In this document: positions 57,740 through 62,802 of the stretch, in pieces
Numbering within the stretch: the first letter of the stretch is position 1
Layout of the letters: each line of letters begins with the position of its first letter
Notes under the pieces: generated by a model
The model's database searches: none
What the model saw: only the letters and a program-made list of their open reading frames with translations
Told to the model about the DNA's origin: nothing
Translations under genes and position numbers: made by a program
IMG/VR virus record: IMGVR_UViG_3300034520_000265
Location: 1-62,802 of that record
Strand: one strand, 5' to 3'
Source of the DNA: a virus
Lineage: Duplodnaviria > Caudoviricetes
Length of the DNA stretch: 62,802 bases

Positions 57740-58393
57740 TCACCCCTTAATCCTAAATTCTCTGCGTATCTGTTGATTGTATTCTGCAGAGTAGCCGTAA
57801 TCTTTTAAAAAGCTAGAAATAATATTTAAACGATTAGCTTGTGCTTCAATTAAATTTTTAGAAAGTGATGGAACTACGATATCACTAAATGTCTTTTCTT
57901 TTACTTCAAGCGCATTTAAAATAGCATCAACTTGATTTGTTGGACCATTCCAAAAAGGGATAAGAACGGAATGAGGTGCGGCATAGCCATAATGTTTATG
58001 CCATGTTACAGTTACATACGTTTTTACCTCATCGGATAATAATTTCAATTTATTTTTAAAATCTCTATATATTATCCATGCTGTAAAAGCTAATTCTATT
58101 TCTGATGGTGGTTCAATTACCTCAGGAGAAAACACACCATCTAACACAGCACTAGCTACCTTTTCAAATACATGCCAATGCTTATATGGTAACTCAGAAT
58201 TACCCAAAGCCCAATATGCTCTTATTTTATCGATTACTGTTGGGTGTAAATTAATACCTAATTTAGCAAGTAAGCCCAAAGCAGTATCAACACCATCAGT
58301 TTCTACTTTGGTGTAGTAAATACTTATTTTATTATCAATCTCTTGAATAATCTGCTTTGGATCAGCTAAGCTCTGCTGAGTTAAAATATCCAT
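57740..58393 (-). CDS. Hypothetical head-associated protein
   Basis: 217 aa upstream of portal, AGGAGG RBS. Confidence 0.5.
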   Translation of the reverse strand: MDILTQQSLADPKQIIQEIDNKISIYYTKVETDGVDTALGLLAKLGINLHPTVIDKIRAYWALGNSELPYKHWHVFEKVASAVLDGVFSPEVIEPPSEIELAFTAWIIYRDFKNKLKLLSDEVKTYVTVTWHKHYGYAAPHSVLIPFWNGPTNQVDAILNALEVKEKTFSDIVVPSLSKNLIEAQANRLNIISSFLKDYGYSAEYNQQIRREFRIKG

Positions 58394-58425
58394 ATTATTT
58401 CCTCCTTAATTATTTTTTCGACTTT

Positions 58426-58454
58426 ATTGTATCACTAACTCTTATTTATGTCGG
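58426..58454 (-). promoter_or_regulatory. Putative late promoter CCGACA-N17-TACAAT
   Basis: Intergenic, upstream of the portal operon. Confidence 0.5.
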
Positions 58455-58461
58455 GCGTCTT

Positions 58462-59565
58462 TCAGAGGTTAAGTAAATCACTTGCTACTTTAGTAACGAA
58501 ATCTTTTACTTCTCTTGGTGGCTCTTTTTCAAATTTAATTGGTTCTTCTATTTTATTGGTTTTATTAAATAGATAAGAAGCTGTTTTATTCAAACCAGAA
58601 ACAATTTCTTCAGGTGTACCTAAAACATTCCAATATTTATCTACACCTGCATCTTTATCTATTTTCTCTATTGTTTTTGCTACAGCAGTTGGATCATATT
58701 TTTCTGCTACTGAAGCAATTTTTTCATATACAGGGATAAATTTCTTTGGTGCATATTTTTCTCTTAATGCAATTGCTTTATAGAAATCTCTATCAATTTG
58801 TTCTGATGCATATTTGTTTAATGCATTATCAGGTGCAATGTTTATACCATATTGTTTTGCTTTTTGCTTTATCTTTCTTGCTAATTGACTTCTATATTGA
58901 GGTGGTATTTTATTTTCGTGCATATTAAAGAATGTAATAGCGGCTCTAACGTGATTTTCATCATGCATAGGATATTTTCTTATTTTTCTTCCTGATTTAG
59001 TTTTAATAACCAAACCGAAAGCTGAATCAGGAAGGCTTTCTCTTTGTTGAGCTGTTAATTTAGCTGCTTTTTTCTCTAATTTTGGTTGTGGTACTGGTTC
59101 TTTAATAAACATGGTATTAATTACTACAGGACCTTCTGGTAATTCCATAGGACCATATTGCGCTAATTTTCTTAATGGTTGAATATAACTTAATTTATTA
59201 TGGATATTATTTTCAATAAGAGCTTGATTAATTTTAGCTGCTACTTCTGGTACATATTTTTGTGGAATGTACTTAGCGGTTTTAGTAAAATACCAAGCTG
59301 AAACAGCAGCATCTAATGGATTATCTATTCTATATTTGAATTGAGCACCTTTAGGAGTAATATATGCAACTGCATACTCCCTCTCGGTTTCTGCAGCTGC
59401 TTGTTTAACCATGTCTGGTGTTCTTAATTCTCGTGGTAATAGATTTATATCAAACCCCAATCTATTATCTTTATCATCATATTGATCGAATATTTTACCA
59501 GCAATTGAATACATTTTATTCGCCTCCTTTATTTTTCGGAGCTTTCTTCCTCGTAATAACCACAT
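58462..59565 (-). CDS. KxA-rich protein with two DUF6582-like domains
   Basis: LTAQQRESLPDSAFG...RKYPMHDENHVRAA...IKQKAKQYGI plus a degenerate earlier copy (EYAV...FKYRIDNPLDAAVSA...KINQALIENNI); likely start MYSIAG. Confidence 0.6.
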   Translation of the reverse strand: MWLLRGRKLRKIKEANKMYSIAGKIFDQYDDKDNRLGFDINLLPRELRTPDMVKQAAAETEREYAVAYITPKGAQFKYRIDNPLDAAVSAWYFTKTAKYIPQKYVPEVAAKINQALIENNIHNKLSYIQPLRKLAQYGPMELPEGPVVINTMFIKEPVPQPKLEKKAAKLTAQQRESLPDSAFGLVIKTKSGRKIRKYPMHDENHVRAAITFFNMHENKIPPQYRSQLARKIKQKAKQYGINIAPDNALNKYASEQIDRDFYKAIALREKYAPKKFIPVYEKIASVAEKYDPTAVAKTIEKIDKDAGVDKYWNVLGTPEEIVSGLNKTASYLFNKTNKIEEPIKFEKEPPREVKDFVTKVASDLLNL

Positions 59566-59957
59566 TCGAAGACTACGTTTTCGTATATTGCAAGATCACC
59601 AACATTAGCTGAAGAACCATAATTAGATAAAACGCACATATGGTATACTTTATCATCTATTCTTATATTCACATATTCATCTGTATAAAGTTTACCTAAG
59701 CCCATTAAGCCTGCAATTTGAATTACGTTAGTTCCTGGTCCTACCAAAATTTTTGATTTAGGCTTAGCGTTAAGTAAGAAAGTTCTTTGAGACATAATAT
59801 TTTCTTGAACAGAAACATTAACAGCGGCGTAATCTTCATATTCAGATGCGGTACCATCTTCATTTATTTTTGCTATCTGAATAACAGTTTCATCACTAGC
59901 TTTAACTAAATTTTTTGGAAGCACTCCGTTTTTTATTAAATCATTAATATTAGCCAT
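59529..59957 (-). CDS. Tail tube-like protein 2
   Basis: 142 aa; CVLSNYGSSANVGDLAIYENVVFEC parallels the C-terminus of tube 1. Confidence 0.6.
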   Translation of the reverse strand: MANINDLIKNGVLPKNLVKASDETVIQIAKINEDGTASEYEDYAAVNVSVQENIMSQRTFLLNAKPKSKILVGPGTNVIQIAGLMGLGKLYTDEYVNIRIDDKVYHMCVLSNYGSSANVGDLAIYENVVFECGYYEEESSEK

Positions 59958-59984
59958 TATATCGCCTCCTCATAGCAAATAACT

Positions 59985-60422
59985 TTATTTATCCATAGAA
60001 TTTTCAATTACACCATCTTCACATTCAAGTGAGAAATCGTCATAAATAAGAACTGTTCCTGCTTGAACTGCTTTTGCTTTACTAATAACGTAGCAACCTG
60101 TAAATGATGCTACTCTTTCATTATTTAAAGAATAAATAGATATCTCAGGAATATATTGTTTCAATTCAAATTTAGGCAAAGAAGCAGTTGCTTCTGTTTC
60201 TTTTAAACTTACATTTCTAAGCGATAGTGTATATGCAGGATAAGCTGCAAATGGGGTATTATTTGCTGTTCCAAGAGCCATTAATCTATCTGTTTGCTTT
60301 GCTACGTTATATGATATCGATTGAATGAATGCATCAACTGGTTCTGATGTTTCAGTAAGTTTTATTTTAGCTTTCACATCGGAATAAGAAGCTATTTTGG
60401 TTCCACTAATTTCTTTAGGCAT
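59985..60422 (-). CDS. Tail tube protein 1
   Basis: 145 aa directly after the sheath; FIQSISYNVAKQTDRLMALG...GCYVISKAKAVQAGTVLIYDDFSLEC. Confidence 0.65.
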   Translation of the reverse strand: MPKEISGTKIASYSDVKAKIKLTETSEPVDAFIQSISYNVAKQTDRLMALGTANNTPFAAYPAYTLSLRNVSLKETEATASLPKFELKQYIPEISIYSLNNERVASFTGCYVISKAKAVQAGTVLIYDDFSLECEDGVIENSMDK

Positions 60423-60458
60423 TTATACGCACCTCCTGATAGATTTAATATAGAGTAA

Positions 60459-60476
60459 CGGCCCACAATGGGGCCG
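60459..60476 (-). terminator. GC hairpin after sheath gene (weak terminator or mRNA stabiliser)
   Basis: CGGCCC-ACAATG-GGGCCG; poor U tail. Confidence 0.45.
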
Positions 60477-60481
60477 AATAA

Positions 60482-62176
60482 TTAAACTTGTGCTCCAGCT
60501 ACGACTTTTAAATCGACGTAATTTAATGGGAAGACTATTTGAAGTCTTACATTAGCAATTAATGTGTCTGGTGATTCTTCAGAAACAACTAATTCAACAA
60601 GTCTTGTATTATTACCAACTATTCCAGCTATCTTAAAGAGTTCTAGTTTCTTTTCAATTGCTGGTTTAATAACGTTATTTATATTATCTTCTGTAAGAAC
60701 TATTCTTGCTACAAAGTCCTTTAATGTTGATTTTAAAGAGTTAGATACATAATCAACGCTTCTTATAATACTATCTTCTAATGTAGCTACGTCCAAGTTA
60801 GCAGTTGTAATTTGATGTCTAACTTTGATCTTATCATCTTCATCTTTATAAAGTATCCAATATCCCATAGCCGCAATTTCATTAAGATCCATTTCACTGA
60901 AGTAATATCTCAAGAAATTTGGATAGATTATATCGTTAAATACAGGAACTTCAGTTTCAGTTAATATTTCAGATGGTTTACCTGTGAGTTCATTCATTAA
61001 ACCAGCAACTTGTCCTGCATAGAATGCACCGTACATGTATCCTGGAACGGGATAATTGAGTCCGTTGTAGTTAATTCTAAATGCAGGGTTCATACATATT
61101 CTTAATCTCTTTTCTTCTAATGGAGCAATTATATTATTTAAATATGTCTTGACAGCTGATTTATCGTTTGTATTTGTTCCAAATGCACTTTCAATATTTT
61201 TAAATCCGAGCATTGCAACTCTAAATTGCCTCATATAGTTTTCAGAATATGCTTCATTAATTGCTTGAATAGTTGAATTAATTACTGTTGGATTAGCTGC
61301 ATCGGCAAGTGGAGCTAATGCATAAACATTTGGGCTGACTCCAACTCTTAAAATTGCATCAGTTAATGCATCTGTATCTGGCTCTAATGGATCAATTGCA
61401 GATTGTTTAATTGGTGTTGCAATTACAGGGAGCAATCCACCATTTGCTATAAAAGCTAAATAAGCACCAAATGCTAATCTGTTCATTGGATGTATTTTAC
61501 CCAATACATCCTCAATCTGTGAAATACTTGAAACTTTTTGTGGATAACCAAGAATTGGGTTATCTTCAGTTGGATATGCGACAAATTCAATAAAGACTCT
61601 TACATAATCAAATCCTTTAGGGATACTATAATCAACTGTTGTTGTTGATCCGGTATCAGGATCGGTTATTGTTTCGCTAACAGTTTCAAATACGATATTT
61701 GGTGATGCTTGAATTAACGACATTTCGTCGTTTGTAAATTTGATTTCTTCTGGTATATAAACTGTTTGTCTACCATCTTCTACACATGTAATTGTATTAG
61801 AATCTACAGTTACTGTTTTTGTTTTAAGCCACTCGGTAATATCGATGTAATCTGCTGGGATAGTATATTTTAATCCGAAGTCTTCGTATACTTTCTTAGA
61901 TACAGATTTAATATTCATACTTGTTCCGCTGGTTGGAATAATAAAGACTCTCAACGTAGAATAATCAATTGCAAAATGTTCTTTAACAGGTAGTGCGTAA
62001 CTTGTAAAACTACCAGCAGTTAATTTTCTGGCTCTAATACCAAAATAAGCATCTTCTCCTTCTACAACTTGAGCTATAGTCCCAAACAATGCAGGGAGAT
62101 AATTTTCAATGTTTCTAGCTGGTTTTACACTTGCAAGATATTCTTGAGTTACATATACACCAGGTTTTCTATACAT
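60482..62176 (-). CDS. Tail sheath protein
   Basis: MYRKPGVYVTQE N-terminus; VRHQITT...EDSIIRSVDYV; PDTLIANVRLQIVFPLNYVDL C-terminus. Confidence 0.92.
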   Translation of the reverse strand: MYRKPGVYVTQEYLASVKPARNIENYLPALFGTIAQVVEGEDAYFGIRARKLTAGSFTSYALPVKEHFAIDYSTLRVFIIPTSGTSMNIKSVSKKVYEDFGLKYTIPADYIDITEWLKTKTVTVDSNTITCVEDGRQTVYIPEEIKFTNDEMSLIQASPNIVFETVSETITDPDTGSTTTVDYSIPKGFDYVRVFIEFVAYPTEDNPILGYPQKVSSISQIEDVLGKIHPMNRLAFGAYLAFIANGGLLPVIATPIKQSAIDPLEPDTDALTDAILRVGVSPNVYALAPLADAANPTVINSTIQAINEAYSENYMRQFRVAMLGFKNIESAFGTNTNDKSAVKTYLNNIIAPLEEKRLRICMNPAFRINYNGLNYPVPGYMYGAFYAGQVAGLMNELTGKPSEILTETEVPVFNDIIYPNFLRYYFSEMDLNEIAAMGYWILYKDEDDKIKVRHQITTANLDVATLEDSIIRSVDYVSNSLKSTLKDFVARIVLTEDNINNVIKPAIEKKLELFKIAGIVGNNTRLVELVVSEESPDTLIANVRLQIVFPLNYVDLKVVAGAQV

Positions 62177-62201
62177 TTTTTTACACCTCCATAACTAAGA
62201 A

Positions 62202-62802
62202 TTATTCTTTTTGGATATCTTCTTCAATTGTTGTAGATTCAGGCTCCGTTTCTATTGCTAAGTGTATTTTGTTCAATACAGGATCATCCTTAATTAATGT
62301 TAATTGATGTTCATAAGAGAAAGACAAATTAAGCATAACATCGTAATTAGAGCTACCAATTGCACCACTTTCATCTGGTATTACTACTGTTGCAGACATA
62401 CCATCTACTTTTAACTCATTAAATCCAAATTGTTTAAAGAATGGTCTATGAACTAAGAGCAGAGACATTAATGCCGTGGCTAATCTATGTGCAAAAATTT
62501 CATTTTGACTAATCACGTGTATTAATGCTGTACCACCAAACATAAAAATGTGTAATCCTTTAAAATACCTTTCTGAATGTCCCACATTAGGAAATGCAGG
62601 AGATATATTATTAATTGTACCCACATCTATTACTATTGTCGTTTTAGTCATTTTTGTTAGCAATGGATTATTATACACAGGTACTACTTCGACGTCATCA
62701 CCTAATTTAAGGTCTGTATATTCTTCTATAAAATACTTAATTGTTTCCATCAAACTAAGGGTTAATAGCTCATATATAGAATAAACTTCATTATTACCTG
62801 TT
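62202..62802 (-). CDS. Probable tail terminator/completion protein, 5'-truncated by window edge
   Basis: Frame is open to the window edge (TGNNEVYSIYELLTLSLM...); IHVISQNEIFAHRLATAL pattern; upstream of the sheath. Confidence 0.5.
   Translation of the reverse strand, partial: TGNNEVYSIYELLTLSLMETIKYFIEEYTDLKLGDDVEVVPVYNNPLLTKMTKTTIVIDVGTINNISPAFPNVGHSERYFKGLHIFMFGGTALIHVISQNEIFAHRLATALMSLLLVHRPFFKQFGFNELKVDGMSATVVIPDESGAIGSSNYDVMLNLSFSYEHQLTLIKDDPVLNKIHLAIETEPESTTIEEDIQKE

Noticed and set aside
477-62784. Many short antisense or nested ORFs in the track (e.g. 477-710, 8033-8230, 10806-11114, 29757-30050, 53450-53785, 55174-55665)
   Set aside because: They are shadows of longer opposite-strand genes, with no RBS and composition typical of reverse-complement frames.
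921-62802. Tailocin or extracellular contractile injection system
   Set aside because: Terminase, portal, protease, capsid and replication genes are present, so this is a phage.
1-62802. tRNA, rRNA or other structured ncRNA genes
   Set aside because: Intergenic gaps are short and explained by promoters and terminators; no cloverleaf signature seen by eye. The omegaRNA would lie upstream of the window.

Overview
AT-rich (~30% GC by eye), gene-dense segment of a tailed dsDNA phage with a contractile tail (myovirus), probably infecting a bacterium with strong GGAGG-type Shine-Dalgarno usage. Recognisable head genes: terminase large subunit, portal, prohead protease, scaffold-like proteins, decoration protein, major capsid protein and neck proteins. 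Tail genes: sheath plus a second sheath paralog, two tube-like proteins, a tail chaperone with a -1 frameshift, tape measure, baseplate hub and spike, and four HxH-repeat fibre-like proteins. Replication/recombination genes: DnaB, DnaG, SNF2 helicase, Cas4-like exonuclease, probable annealing protein, HU-like protein and RuvC. The window opens inside an IS200/IS605-type iscB element whose end abuts the start codon of the sheath paralog. Main observations: (1) a pervasive K-x-A motif in head-associated proteins, placed at domain boundaries, suggesting a protease cleavage code that may release cationic amphipathic peptides encoded at 43.3-44.6 kb; (2) a recurring non-canonical promoter (YCRRCA-N17-TAnnAT) in front of structural operons; (3) four fibre genes that each carry exactly five HxH repeats; (4) an IscB TAM (ATGA) that doubles as a stop/start overlap. 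All family calls come from motif recognition by eye, not database searches.
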